From Octopus bimaculoides (Eukaryota), in assembly GCF_001194135.2 (NCBI RefSeq), contig NC_068984.1, positions 71,149,923 to 71,213,922 on the forward strand: a DNA stretch of 64,000 nt, in the 5' to 3' direction. The position numbers and the translations under genes were made by a program. Numbering within the stretch: position 1 is the first letter of the stretch; every line of letters starts with the position of its first letter. Positions 37,021 through 50,940 of the stretch are shown here, one piece after another. The notes under the pieces are model-generated. The model was not told the origin of the DNA. It saw only the letters and a list, made by a program, of their open reading frames with translations, and ran no database searches.

Positions 37021-39803
37021 TTTTTTTAATGGGATGTGGAGTGCCAAATTTCACGTCAATAATACATGTCAGAGTGCAGTGTCGATTTCAAGGAAATTAA
37101 AGGTGTTCCCTCCAGAGATCACCTCAGTCGTTCGACCTGCTAACTACGTGATTAGAAGTTTATTCGATGAGACAAACAACTTCAGTGTGACCAGTTCTTG
37201 TAGCTCCATTAGCACCACTACCAAAATCATGAACAGCAACAACACGTCTATTATAACTATATTTACTAAAGACGTGCATTCGACGTTTCAAGCATTGATT
37301 TATTTAATAATTTTAGAAAATTATTTTAAAATAAAATTGTATTTGTTACTCATTTTAAATATGTTTACTTGATTCGAATTCTTTTATTCAACTTTTGAAT
37401 TTCAAATAGTTTAGTAACCGCAAAATATGGAACATATCCAAATACAATTTCCATAAAATGAAATGATATAAAATGTAATTACATTTTAAAAAAAATAAAC
37501 AGGATTTTATGTTAAACTACAATAATACGTCTGGGAAGTCAATTTGTTTGATGCGAAAGATTTGTAAATTATAAATTTTGCAATATTAGGAATTGCTTTG
37601 TTTGTCTTTACGACATACAGCATACCCACATACATACACACACGTGACACATAATCGTAAAAATACATAGAGAAACGCACACAGATACTAACATATGCAT
37701 AATTGTCGAATACCAAAACATAACACTGGTTTACTTGATTTATACTAAAATTTAGGAATTTGGAATAATAATATCAAAATACGGAGTCGGATTAATAATG
37801 AAATATTTCTTTATTTCTGTTTTATTCTGTTTTCAACATCAGTTCTTCCTTGGACGTTTCACGCAATAGATCAGCTTGCCTGTGAAATGTTACTAGCCCC
37901 ATTTGTTAAGGCGCTTTCATTCTAGAGGCAGGAATATTGTTTATAGTGTCTCAAAAAACAGCGATGTGGATTCGAGAAACAAAAAGAGCATGAGAAGAAA
38001 AGACCCCAGTACTCGTCTAGCACATTATCAATCTTCACGAGAAAACAAAAGGTTGAACGCAACAGGATTTCAGTCAGAGAATAGGAATAAATGTCATGTA
38101 TTTCTATTCTTTGTTTTATGGTTTCTGAGTCGTCTATGTCACTCTTTTAAAAATGGCGTGATTTAAAATATGTTTTTTGCTACCGTAGCAATTAAAAAGG
38201 CAGCACAGACATTTCATCAGTTTTCATGATTTCTATTTTGATTTTGCTTAAGATGAGACGAGGAGGTAGTATGACCGCCAATGGCCAGTGTAAACGGTTG
38301 CAGGCTAATGGGAACCATAATTTGATCAGCTGATGCTCAAATTTCACGTTGGTAATGTAACAATTGTAGAGATGATGGGGAGTTTGGAGCGAGAGAAATT
38401 TCTGATCATAAACATACTGCATTAATTAACAATATATATATATCTGAGTGAAACGAAAGATGATTAACGAAAACGCCAAATATTTTTCAACTCTCTAGAA
38501 CCATGGAAATGATGGTCACCCACTAGTTCCAAGCCAAAACGAATTCAGTTACATTCGACATATACTAAACAATGAATAAAGACTTAGTGTATGTCAGCCT
38601 GAATAAAAACTCGGTTGATTCAACTGAAATAGAATTAAATTAAAATAGTAACTAATGTATGCATCGCACTAAGCGTATATACATCCGAGCTAAAATATCT
38701 TCATAGGCATGCCATGTTAAAATGATGCATATATTGGGGTTAGAAGAAAGACCGCCCAGGTGTGGACACATGTGATCACCGGTTGTATTTCGGCCATCTT
38801 GGGCTATGTCAACAAGCTAGGTAGCAATTCGGCATATTAGTGAAAGCATTATTCACTCTTTCCTATACATCAGAGGGGATGAATTTCACACACACAAACA
38901 CGCACACACACACACACACGCACACACACCCACACGCACACACGCGCGCGCGCACACACACGCACACACACACACGCACACACACACATACACACACATA
39001 TACACACACAACCTTAAACCTGGCAGAAGTTGTATATATTTTAAGCATGATATATAGATAGTGTAGTTAATTTAATACTGTTTAGGTTACGTACACCTTA
39101 GTTTTTATAACGGCCAGAAATTTTGTAGAATAGGATCATTTCTTAATGAGATGGCCCGTGAGAAAAAGGAAATGTTCCATGATTTTATATCAAGAAATAA
39201 ATTATTTATTGTGTTCTTAAAAAGAACAAAAAAATTACTGTGGTTCGTACGGGTATGTCAAATACCCAAACGCAGTACATGTGTCCTTTTGTCTCGATCC
39301 TGTGTACATCATCAGTGTGTAGTATTTGTAATATAATTCGTTATGTCGTGCAAAGAATTAAAACACCATGCATTATTGATGACAGAATAGATTACCATCA
39401 ATTTTAAGTTTCCAGACGGAAAACAAAAGTGGAGAAGAAAAAGAAAAGCAGCTGAAACAATGGCCACAAATACACGAAACATGTGTTAATTCGGAAAAAG
39501 CTATAAAATCTTAGTTTAGTTATTATGTTTTTAGACAAATGAATAGCGAAATCTGTAATTTAGCCTAGATTTAATTGTCTGTTAATATTCATTTGACTAT
39601 ATTGTTGTTAATGTTTCTAGTAATCTATCATTTTTGCTGGCATCTCTGAATTTAAAAACAATGAACACGAGAAACCTCTTATAAATGGAATCAATTGGCT
39701 ATTTGTTTTCTTGTTTGTTAATTCAGACATATTACTACTACTACCACTCACAACATTTTCTTTATTGATCAAGTACGTGTATACACAGACAAACAGACAC
39801 ACA

Positions 39804-39853
<50 letters not shown>

Positions 39854-39942
39854 ATATGCATATGTACACGTATGTATGTATGTGTATATGTATATGTATA
39901 TGTATAGGTGTGTATACATATATGTAAATATATGTGTGCGTG

Positions 39943-39978
<36 letters not shown>

Positions 39979-39994
39979 GGTGTATGTGTTATAA

Positions 39995-40170
39995 TCTAGA
40001 ATAAACAGTAAAATGATGTAATTATAGCACTCGGAGTTTCGAATGTCTGAGCGAAGTGCTATGATACATTCTCATCGGCTATTAACGCATCGGTTTTCAC
40101 TACTAACCGATGAGAATGCATCGTAGCCCTCCAAGTACTACAATGACAACCTTTTACTGTTTGTTCTAAA
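39995..40170. repeat. Fold-back element containing a mutated hammerhead on the minus strand (40024-40082)
   Basis: Arms tctagaataaacagtaaaa / ttttactgtttgttctaaa. Minus strand reads AUAG CCGAUGA GAAUGU..ACAUUC GAA ACUCCGAGU G CUAU (U4C, H17=G). Confidence 0.7.
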
Positions 40171-40651
40171 TGATAACATATATAAATAATGCTCTGTATA
40201 TCTAATATTGAGGTCTCATTCTTTTGTTGTTACTTTTTTATTTCACATATATCTATATATATAAGGTACAGTGTGCCGAATGGTCAAGAAGTTTGTTTTG
40301 CAATAATGAGGTCTCTACTATGATTGCACTGAGGAACATTTTCGATTAATACCACTTTCTATAGTCTCACGCCATCCCATTCATTGCGAGTAAGGTAGGT
40401 CTGACGGAAAATGTATTGAAACGTGTTGGCAGGATTTTACAGACAACCCAAATAACTCAGCCTTATCAAACTCTGTTTTCCGTTGAATCCATCCGACAAT
40501 TAAAGCCACACATTTATGTAAAATTTCAGTTGCTTATATCTTAATTCTGGAGCAGGTAACTCATTTAATGGAACAACTGAATCCTCCTTGTGGAATGATG
40601 TAGATCTACTGCCAATCTTTAGCTATCTCTGTCACTCTATGTGTCTCTCCC

Positions 40652-40654
<3 letters not shown>

Positions 40655-40719
<65 letters not shown>

Positions 40720-40728
40720 ACTATCTAA

Positions 40729-40764
<36 letters not shown>

Positions 40765-40765
40765 G
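40655..40765. repeat. (TCTA)n microsatellite
   Basis: Directly visible. Confidence 0.98.
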
Positions 40766-42031
40766 TTGTAAGAAGGTCCCAAAGAAGGCGAGAAGCCACT
40801 TAGTATAAGGGACTATCAAAAAAGAAATATTAAAACGAAAGGAATGAAATAACTTTAGACTCGAAAAAGCTTAAGGCAGTAGAAGGGGAAAACAATGAGA
40901 TGATAGAGTTTCTAATGTCGCACTTGAAAGAAAGAAACTATGACCGTGGAAAGGTTTCCTGATTTGTAGAAGCACGACAGCATTTGGGTGAAGATACTGT
41001 GAGTTTCGAGTGAGGCGAAATTGCACAGTGATCTGGACTAAGGTTCATCAGAACACTTTCTTTGGCTATACCGATGAAAAAAACTAAGACATGTGACGTC
41101 ATGTCGATGTGACAAGTTTGCAGACGTGATGCAAGAGAAGTCTAATAAGTGACTCTCTTCTGAATCCGGCCGCGTATATCCAAGTAACATGATGGTGCAC
41201 TTGCCCAAATAGGATGAAAAGGATGAATTGTTGGTTGCAAGGTTAATAATACAAAATGAATTGTTCCAAGCACAGATCATGATCACTCAACCTTTTCCGA
41301 GGATTTATTACCTTTTCGTTGGATTGTAATCTGTGCAAGCTATTGCTTTTTCGTAGAAGCTATAAGGTCATGTTTTATTTTTCTCTGTGATTAACCCTTT
41401 CCGCAATAGATTTAGGAGACCGGACTCGGGAGTAACGCACTACCGGGATAGTAGTGGTGCCATATGCCAATGTAGCTGTATCTTTGTAGCTATTTCCGGT
41501 AGTAGACATCGATGTTGCTACATCTATAGGCTACAGCAATAGTTTCGGGAAGAGTTAGCTCAATGATAACGCTCAGTTCCGCTGGAATAGAGGACTGATT
41601 TGGTTTGTCACGCCATTTTGACTTTTTTCCCTATATGAATAATGCCGATTGAAAGTGGCTCACTTTATTTCTCTCTTTCTCTCCCTCAGTGTCTCTCTCT
41701 CTATCTTTATTTATATGTGTATATATTTAAATTTATGTATATGTATTCATTTGATTATTCTTTTACTCTTTTCAGCCATTTGACTGCGGCCATGATGGAG
41801 TATCGCTGTAGTCAAACATATCTTATTTTTTGTAAACTTAGTACTTATTCTTTTGCCGAACTGTTAGGTTTTGGGGACGTAAACACACCAACACCAGCTA
41901 TGCAGTTGTAATGGAGGTGCAAAGACACATACACATATACGTATATACACACATATATATATATATATACACTTACATATATATGTATATATACATACAT
42001 ACATACATATGTATATATATATATATACATG

Positions 42032-42060
<29 letters not shown>

Positions 42061-42065
<5 letters not shown>

Positions 42066-42288
42066 AATATATATATGTTTACATGACAGGATTCTTTCAG
42101 TAATAACTGACAGTCTATAGAATACTCACTGCAAATGATAAATGTATATCAGTATTAATTTTTCCAGTGCTATGTGCTGATATCACTGTGCCAAAACACT
42201 CCTTCCTCATTTTTATGACGCTATATCTGTTAGTAATATTTCTGNNNNNNNNNNNNNNNNNNNNNNNNNNNNNNNNNNNNNNNNNNNN

Positions 42289-42355
<67 letters not shown>

Positions 42356-42534
42356 AATATATATATGTTTACATGACAGGATTCTTTCAGTAATAACTGA
42401 CAGTCTATAGAATACTCACTGCAAATGATAAATGTATATCAGTATTAATTTTTCCAGTGCTATGTGCTGATATCACTGTGCCAAAACACTCCTTCCTCAT
42501 TTTTATGACGCTATATCTGTTAGTAATATTTCTG
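42061..42534 (+). other. Identical 184-bp direct duplication (42061-42244 / 42351-42534) across an N-gap; probable assembly artefact
   Basis: The copies are identical and the first abuts the gap. Confidence 0.8.
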
Positions 42535-42653
42535 TTGGTTGGAAACCAAAATACCGATGTGGATATTTCCTGACATTCACCTACTCATTATAGAACTCTA
42601 AAGAAAGAAACAGTCCATGGTGTTAAAGGTATTACAAAGTCACAATCAAATAC

Positions 42654-42677
42654 CTGCAGATGAAGTGATCTGGAAGT
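42654..42677 (-). CDS. Candidate 24-nt exon (I-LPDHFIC-R in phase 2)
   Basis: Acceptor gaatttcAG, donor cag|GTATTT; symmetric and open in all three frames, so the frame is inferred from neighbours. Confidence 0.45.
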
Positions 42678-43236
42678 CTGAAATTCTAATATACAAAAAG
42701 CAATACAAACAGGTACTGACTATCTAGATATGTCATTTTTACATGCATATATATATANNNNNNNNNNNNNNNNNNNNNNNNNNNNNNNNNNNNNNNNNNN
42801 NNNNNNNNNNNNNNNNNNNNNNNNNNNNNNNNNNNNNNNNNNNNNNNNNNNNNNNNNNNNNNNNNNNNNNNNNNNNNNNNNNNNNNNNNNNNNNNNNNNN
42901 NNNNNNNNNNNNNNNNNNNNNNNNNNNNNNNNNNNNNNNNNNNNNNNNNNNNNNNNNNNNNNNNNNNNNNNNNNNNNNNNNNNNNNNNNNNNNNNNNNNN
43001 NNNNNNNNNNNNNNNNNNNNNNNNNNNNNNNNNNNNNNNNNNNNNNNNNNNNNNNNNNNNNNNNNNNNNNNNNNNNNNNNNNNNNNNNNNNNNNNNNNNN
43101 NNNNNNNNNNNNNNNNNNNNNNNNNNNNNNNNNNNNNNNNNNNNNNNNNNNNNNNNNNNNNNNNNNNNNNNNNNNNNNNNNNNNNNNNNNNNNNNNNNNN
43201 NNNNNNNNNNNNNNNNNNNNNNNNNNNNNNNNNNNN

Positions 43237-43269
<33 letters not shown>

Positions 43270-43858
43270 CTATATATATGTGTTATATATATATGTTTAT
43301 AAGGATACACGCATACACATATACATGTTCATTCAGATATATTTTACTAAGATGTTTCTAGTTCAACTTCAATCAGGCGAGTTAGTTAATATTTTACAAA
43401 ATTTTTCAACCTCCATCACTAATTTACTTTCTAACGAACTCCTCATTCAATTCTATGTTTTTCTGTGGACTAGCTTATGATAACGACATGTCTGAAATTC
43501 CTCTTCAACAGTACTACAATAAACGATGAATCAAATGTTAGTTCATTACAAGAGAACTTTTCTAATTAAAACCTGAAATGTTTATTTCATTAATTACTAA
43601 AGCTACAGATAACTCTCATTCGAATAAGAAACAGTTCTTAGTTTTGTTTTAGATATTTCTTCTCATAGCTTATTTTCTTTATTGTTAAAGCAGAGACTTA
43701 GATTGATTTGAAGATCTGTAATGTACAGCAGTATCAACATAGTAAATCGATTGTAAACTCTCAGTCGTGTCTGCAATTCCCATTAGATTCCTGGTTGAGA
43801 TATTGCATATTTTCATTGTATACTTACAACTATTTACCCATAAGTAATATCTAGAATA

Positions 43859-43859
<1 letters not shown>

Positions 43860-43894
<35 letters not shown>

Positions 43895-43904
43895 AATAGA
43901 GAGG

Positions 43905-43936
<32 letters not shown>

Positions 43937-44054
43937 GCGTCAAAGAGAGAGAGAGGAAGAGAGTGCATTTGTGTGTGATGTGTGTGTTTGTGAGAGAGCG
44001 AGATTGATAGATAGATACAGAGAGAGAGAGAGAGAGAGAGAGATAGGGATATAT

Positions 44055-44138
<84 letters not shown>
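43860..44138. repeat. (GA)n-rich compound microsatellite
   Basis: Directly visible. Confidence 0.97.
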
Positions 44139-44144
<6 letters not shown>

Positions 44145-46131
44145 TGTTTCCCTTACAATGGATTGTTCTTGATATAGTCTAGTCAGATGATATTTTCGCT
44201 GTCATTTCTTCGATAATACATGACCTAGTATGTCTCCGATCAAAAGCATTCCAGTTGTGATCTTTGTATCTTTTTCTTAGGCCACGTGAACCTAGTATTT
44301 CACAACCTCACTATCATTATGTATGTAGAGAATGATTTTGGAGGAGACTTATTTCCTATTTCTGTCAAATGGAGTTTCCGCGAAAAAAATTCACTCATTT
44401 TGTCACTAGCAATAGTAGTTTTGATGTTTATTTTACTTAAGTGTATCGGTGCTGAGCTAAACCATTAGTAAAGACGTTGCAGTCATGACCATCCTCTCTT
44501 AGTGTATATATACAAAACAATCGCCATCTGCTTCATTCATACTGGTGTGATTTGAAGGATTTCCATTACTAATTGTAGCAGGTCAAACGGAGACACAAAG
44601 TTTCTTTTGTTGATTCGAAAACAGTTTTGGTCGTTGTTTTTTTTTTTACCAACATGCAACAGTCATTACAGCTATGAATATCCCATGTCTTTGGGCTATG
44701 ATATATGTAACGTGTCTATTTAATTTTTTTTACAATTTGAGGGAATATAGTTGCTGATTCTATTAAAGTCAATAACTGAGTAGAGACTGCATTACTTGCT
44801 CATTAAACATTATGCTGGATTTGATATAAGACAGGGAAATGGATGTATACAATATTTGACACTTTATACAATCCACAACTATTTCTGCCAACGCATTGAT
44901 GCAAAAAGCAATTTACATCAGGAGTAGAAACATGTATTGAATAATAATTAGCTTAACTTGGGCATTCATGGTCTTCATCGATGTTACTTGCCCTAGACAC
45001 CTGACATGATGTCGAGGTCTTCAGTTGGGTAGAGACAAAATTATTCAATAGATTATGCTAGTGGTGCTATGCAGTAATAAAAATAAAAATCTTAGAAGCC
45101 AAAAAGTAAAAAGTAGTCACTTGCAAACTTCCTATATACAAATTATAGGATCAATAACCATATTTCTGTCATACTTAGTGCTAAGTGTGTTTCAGTTCAC
45201 TCTCAATATCGAAACAGAAGCAAAAGTGAGAAACAAAAACAAACTAAGAGGAAAGGCAATATTTTGATAGAGCAAAATATGAAAAAATTGAAAAGATAAA
45301 AACTGAATATATTTCAAAGAGGGAAAATAGCTCAACTCTTAGTCAACATTTGATAAATTTAATTTCCCTAAGCCCTTATTAATTAGAATTGATTATTATT
45401 AACTTACAAGTGATACTTATTTTATCAATATGATTCCTTATATAGTATCTACAGCTAATTTAATTGTCAGACAAATTTCCTCAAATCACAGGCTACTCTC
45501 TAGAATGTAACGAATATTAGTATCATGTGTTATGTAGCTCTGGATAAAGTATATCATTAGCAAGATTATCAGAATTTCAATACAATTTATTAGATATCTA
45601 CATATTGAGTGATGACATGAGGATAATCGCTAACTATATGCATGGCTCTTGGCTAAACTCCTATCAAGAGATTTCAACTTAAAACTACTAGAGGTAAAGA
45701 TAAATATTTAAATTTATTGAATCTAATTTTAGAATGAAGTATGAACACAAGAGACAGCAATATCATAGCACGAAGTTGTTATTTTGGTATATTACAATTC
45801 TTTCTTAAGCCTAAAGTTTCATGAGTGATCATAATGATAAACATAAAACCCAGCAATGTATTAGCGCTTGTTGATTTCTGATTTAGGGTAGATCAAATGC
45901 AATGCATACACTTGTCAAATATTAATTAATATTTAAAAGCACATATTTAAAAAAAAAAGTTAACAACTCGTTCAATTTTAACGCTACAAATAATTGAATT
46001 TAACAAAGATGTTGCGCTAGATGTTTGGGCTCTCAAAGATAATCGGAGGTCATAGAGTCGACTGTAGTAGCTGAAGTTCAGCATGAATTGCACGGTGTTT
46101 TTTATCGATCAATTTCCCTGTCTATCTATCC

Positions 46132-46188
<57 letters not shown>

Positions 46189-46189
46189 C

Positions 46190-46267
<78 letters not shown>

Positions 46268-48869
46268 ATAACGTCGACCACTAACGTGGACAATTAATGT
46301 GTTAGAAATAGATCACATCTTGTGTCTNNNNNNNNNNNNNNNNNNNNNNNNNNNNNNNNNNNNNNNNNNNNNNNNNNNNNNNNNNNNNNNNNNNNNNNNN
46401 NNNNNNNNNNNNNNNNNNNNNNNNNNNNNNNNNNNNNNNNNNNNNNNNNNNNNNNNNNNNNNNNNNNNNNNNNNNNNNNNNNNNNNNNNNNNNNNNNNNN
46501 NNNNNNNNNNNNNNNNNNNNNNNNNNNNNNNNNNNNNNNNNNNNNNNNNNNNNNNNNNNNNNNNNNNNNNNNNNNNNNNNNNNNNNNNNNNNNNNNNNNN
46601 NNNNNNNNNNNNNNNNNNNNNNNNNNNNNNNNNNNNNNNNNNNNNNNNNNNNNNNNNNNNNNNNNNNNNNNNNNNNNNNNNNNNNNNNNNNNNNNNNNNN
46701 NNNNNNNNNNNNNNNNNNNNNNNNNNNNNNNNNNNNNNNNNNNNNNNNNNNNNNNNNNNNNNNNNNNNNNNNNNNNNNNNNNNNNNNNNNNNNNNNNNNN
46801 NNNNNNNNNNNNNNNNNNNNNNNNNNNNNNNNNNNNNNNNNNNNNNNNNNNNNNNNNNNNNNNNNNNNNNNNNNNNNNNNNNNNNNNNNNNNNNNNNNNN
46901 NNNNNNNNNNNNNNNNNNNNNNNNNNNNNNNNNNNNNNNNNNNNNNNNNNNNNNNNNNNNNNNNNNNNNNNNNNNNNNNNNNNNNNNNNNNNNNNNNNNN
47001 NNNNNNNNNNNNNNNNNNNNNNNNNNNNNNNNNNNNNNNNNNNNNNNNNNNNNNNNNNNNNNNNNNNNNNNNNNNNNNNNNNNNNNNNNNNNNNNNNATA
47101 TATATACACATACACATAGTAGTATAGATATGTAAGCAAAATAATAATGATTTCATTTGACAATAATAACGAATAATAACACTGACAATCATATTGCCAA
47201 TTTGTCAAAATGAAAAATGTGCTCTCTGTAAAAATTGGGAATAGAAAAATCAAAAGAAACATATCTGTAACAGAAACCATTTATATATTGGGAATCATAT
47301 CAAGAATAAACAACCTACAATTATATACTTACATAAGAAACATTCATCCAAACATCACAATGCAACAAACCTGTATGTATACATAAATAAATATACGTAT
47401 ATCCATACAGCTTCACACATTAATTCTTACAAATACGCATGCGTATAAACACTCATATACAATAATGTGTATATGTGTGTGTGTGTGTGCTCATATGTAT
47501 GTGGATATATGTTTGAGTGTATGTATCTATGAATGTGTGTACATATATATATACATATACACAATANNNNNNNNNNTATATATATCCGTATATATATATA
47601 TAAAAGCAAGATGTGTGTGTGTTTGTGTGTGTGTGTGTGTTTGTGTGTGTGTTTGTGCGTGTGTGTGTGGGTGGGTGCGTGTGTGTGTATGTGTTGCCTA
47701 TATATATATATATCTTCCTAAATTTGACGTCGATGTTACTTAGTTTGGTTTGAAATAAAGAACTTGATTAGCTTAATAATCCCAACTTAATCCCGAGCTA
47801 AGCCGAGCTATACTGCTAGTATATATAGGATTTACATTATCTCCCCAAGATCCCATGTTCAGCCTTACTTTGCTCCAGACGGGTTGGTATGTCTCCTGTT
47901 GTATGTATTTTCGTGTGTATTTATTTATGCGTGAGTGTGCAACTGGGTAACTAATCGTTCGTAATTTAGTTACAACATCATTAAATTTATAAGCCTTTTG
48001 TAGGAGGCGTGTGGTATGCAATTAGTTCCCAGCATTCCGAGGTGTTTTCTTTAAATTACCCGTTTTATCAACTTTTGAATAATAAACAGCAAGGCTGGTC
48101 GTAGGAGGATTTGAACTTAGAACATAAATCTTTAAAACTATACAACGTAGTTTGGGGCCACACGCTATACGTTTCTATCAATTTACCTCTCATAGTTGCA
48201 TAAATAATGCATTGTTTATTCCATAGTTGAGTGAATAATGACAAAAAGAAAGAAAACAAAGAATACAATTCGAAAAGATTTCATTTAAATGATAGATTTT
48301 GCAGATTCTCAAGTGCCACTTTTTGCAGATTATTGTCTTCTTTGCCTTTTAAATTAGTAGAATCTAATGAATTAATTATAAAGTCGAATAGGCGACCCGA
48401 TTCTTAAGAATAATATGAAAATCACTCAACAGAAATAGAAAACTGGTTTAAATTCAAGCATGTTATCACTTTAATGTTAAATAACATTTACAAATGTCAG
48501 GTTTAATTTCTATCTTTGTATGTGTAAACTATGGAGAATTCAGACTAACTGATCTAACAAGATTCAATCAGTAAACCCTGTCATCATATATGTTGGTTGG
48601 GGAATGCATGTAAACGTCTGTATCTGTGAGTGTCAGTACACATACACATACAAATGTACATATGAATATACATGAATATTTGCTCATTTATCAATATGTA
48701 TATGTATAAATACATATTCATATCTACATTTACACATACACACATATTTATAAATATATATACACACACATATAGACATAGAAATATACATACGTATGTG
48801 AGTGCGTGCCGTTTTGACGTGCATATTTGAATATACACATATATACGTTCACATGTATGCGCACACACG

Positions 48870-49060
48870 CGTTGTGTCCTTGAGCAAGTCATTTTATTTC
48901 ACCCTGTTCCTGGCCACTCAGCTTGAAAAAATGAGAATTACATTAAGGGTACACGTGTCTGCGCAGTGCTGAGCCACTTGCACGTTAATTTCATGAGCAA
49001 GCTGTTCCGTTGATCGTATCAGCTGGGAGCCTCTGTGCCGTGACCGACGGAGTGCTCCTC
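48870..49060 (+). mobile_element. SINE fragment: family-D-like central block joined to a family-C 3' end
   Basis: gttgtgtccttgagcaagtcattttatttcac followed by aagggtacacgtgtctg..gtgctgagccacttgcacgttaatttcatgagc. Confidence 0.65.
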
Positions 49061-49147
49061 CTATATGTTTTTGTGTGTGTGTGTGTTATAAAAGAAGGAA
49101 AATGCACGCAATTTACATAGTTTCAATATATTTTAAATGATAGAGTA

Positions 49148-49362
49148 CTGTAATGCCTCGACTATCGCTGGTGTTACGTTCCAAATCCCCACGTGATAGT
49201 TGAAAATCCGCAAAGTAGAAACAGTACTGTATTTTTAAAATTATTTTTATATCTTGTATGTATTTATTTTATTATAAATGCAAAACAACATCACGGAGGA
49301 ATCGACGTTACCTTAAATAATAAGCCGTGATAGGTGAACTGCGATATGGCGATGGATTACTG
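49148..49362. mobile_element. Tigger/pogo-like MITE
   Basis: TA|ctgtaatgcctcgactatcgc ... gcgatatggcgatggattactg|TA: imperfect TIRs with TA flanks. Confidence 0.65.
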
Positions 49363-49465
49363 TATTATGGTATTCGACTTGTTTCGTGTTTCACTAATCA
49401 TGACATTAAACTTATTGTGATTTCGTATGTTCTTAACAAGTTTTAGTCCATGAGCATGGACTCAC

Positions 49466-49470
49466 ATTAC
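49466..49470 (-). CDS. Candidate 5-nt micro-exon GTAAT (or recursive splice site)
   Basis: ttttgtattttcttcAG|GTAAT|GTGAGT. Confidence 0.4.
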
Positions 49471-50037
49471 CTGAAGAAAATACAAAATCACAATAAATAA
49501 AATGTCATGATTAACAAAACGCGAAACCGGTCGGCTATCAGATTTAGCTGCCATTTAAAAAATATTAAAGCTATGTAAATTGTGTGCATTTTCCTTCTTT
49601 TATTATATATATATTTCTCCATTACAACTAAAAACGTGGGGATAATCAAAATACTTGTGTTCATACAAACATGTATCAAATATATACACCCAATCACACA
49701 CACACATATTTATATATACAAACATTCGTATCCATACACTTACCCACATGCACATAGATATGCATGTGTGTGTGTGTGAGTGTACATAGAAATATGAATT
49801 TATACACACATGTATTTATGTATATGTATGCACTCATACGCATGCATATAAACATATACACATGTTAAGCATGTCGAAACAACAGTTATATCCTGAGTTG
49901 AGTCAGCTGATTAAAGAACTCTGTTGGGTAATAGTGTCTTTTTTTTAGTAAAAGTCTTACAGGCAACGCTAAAAGCACTTTGTTGGTGTTCGTCTCCTTC
50001 TTCTCTTTCTTCTTCTTCTTCTTCTGACATAAATGTG

Positions 50038-50078
<41 letters not shown>

Positions 50079-50872
50079 GCACACCTATATATATATATAT
50101 ATATATATAAATATATATNNNNNNNNNNNNNNNNNNNNNNNNNNNNNNNNNNNNNNNNNNNNNNNNNNNNNNNNNNNNNNNNNNNNNNNNNNNNNNNNNN
50201 NNNNNNNNNNNNNNNNNNNNNNNNNNNNNNNNNNNNNNNNNNNNNNNNNNNNNNNNNNNNNNNNNNNATATATATATATATACATATTGTCGGATATCAG
50301 ACATATGGAACTGATCAGCCCTGCTTTTAGGGACTTTAAGTTGATGACAGGAGCAATAACGAAGCAAAAAATGTTAGTGGCCTGTTACAAGGCTCCTGGT
50401 GATGCTCAGACATGAGTTGAGGCTGCGACGTCTCCAACAAATTCATTAAGGTTAGTAGATGTGGTTACCGTTTATCTTACTTGTTTCTCCATGTCTCATT
50501 GTTTTGATTGAGTCATAGACTGACGCAGAGTTCCTGGCACACAGATTAATTCCACTCAATTAGATTTGTGTGGTAGTAGGGTAATGCTGTTGTAGGAAGT
50601 ACCACTTTAAACTTCTATATGGGGTTAGTGTCGCTACAAAAAACACAAAAAAGCGATGTTCTTGTGGAAACCCAGGGTATCGGTGATAATCAATTGGCTT
50701 GTCTGTTACAGAAGATTTGAATCCGGGCTCCCATTGATAACTCAGAAATTTCAAACCGACTGCCTACACGTTGGAATTTTCTATATATATAGTTCTATAT
50801 ACACGTGAACACTTGGCATAACCGTTTCCTCAAATGAACATGACATAGCATGATGGAATCCTGGGTATTTAC

Positions 50873-50940
50873 CTTGGTGACATAACCATTTCCACGATAT
50901 TCCTCAGCGTTTCTGTCTATCCAGTTTAAGTCATAATGCA
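50873..50940 (-). CDS. Candidate 68-nt exon (V-HYDLNWIDRNAEEYRGNGYVTK)
   Basis: Acceptor ttttcccAG, donor aag|GTAAAT; only phase 1 is open and it matches the upstream exon. Confidence 0.6.

Noticed and set aside
38780-38815. Hammerhead-like GCC-caagat-GGC-CGAAA on the minus strand
   Set aside because: The CUGANGA core and helix I/III are not recognisable; at best a decayed relic.
42720-47280. Longest ORFs in the track (190-328 aa), and similar ones at other gaps
   Set aside because: They consist almost entirely of X from N-gaps.
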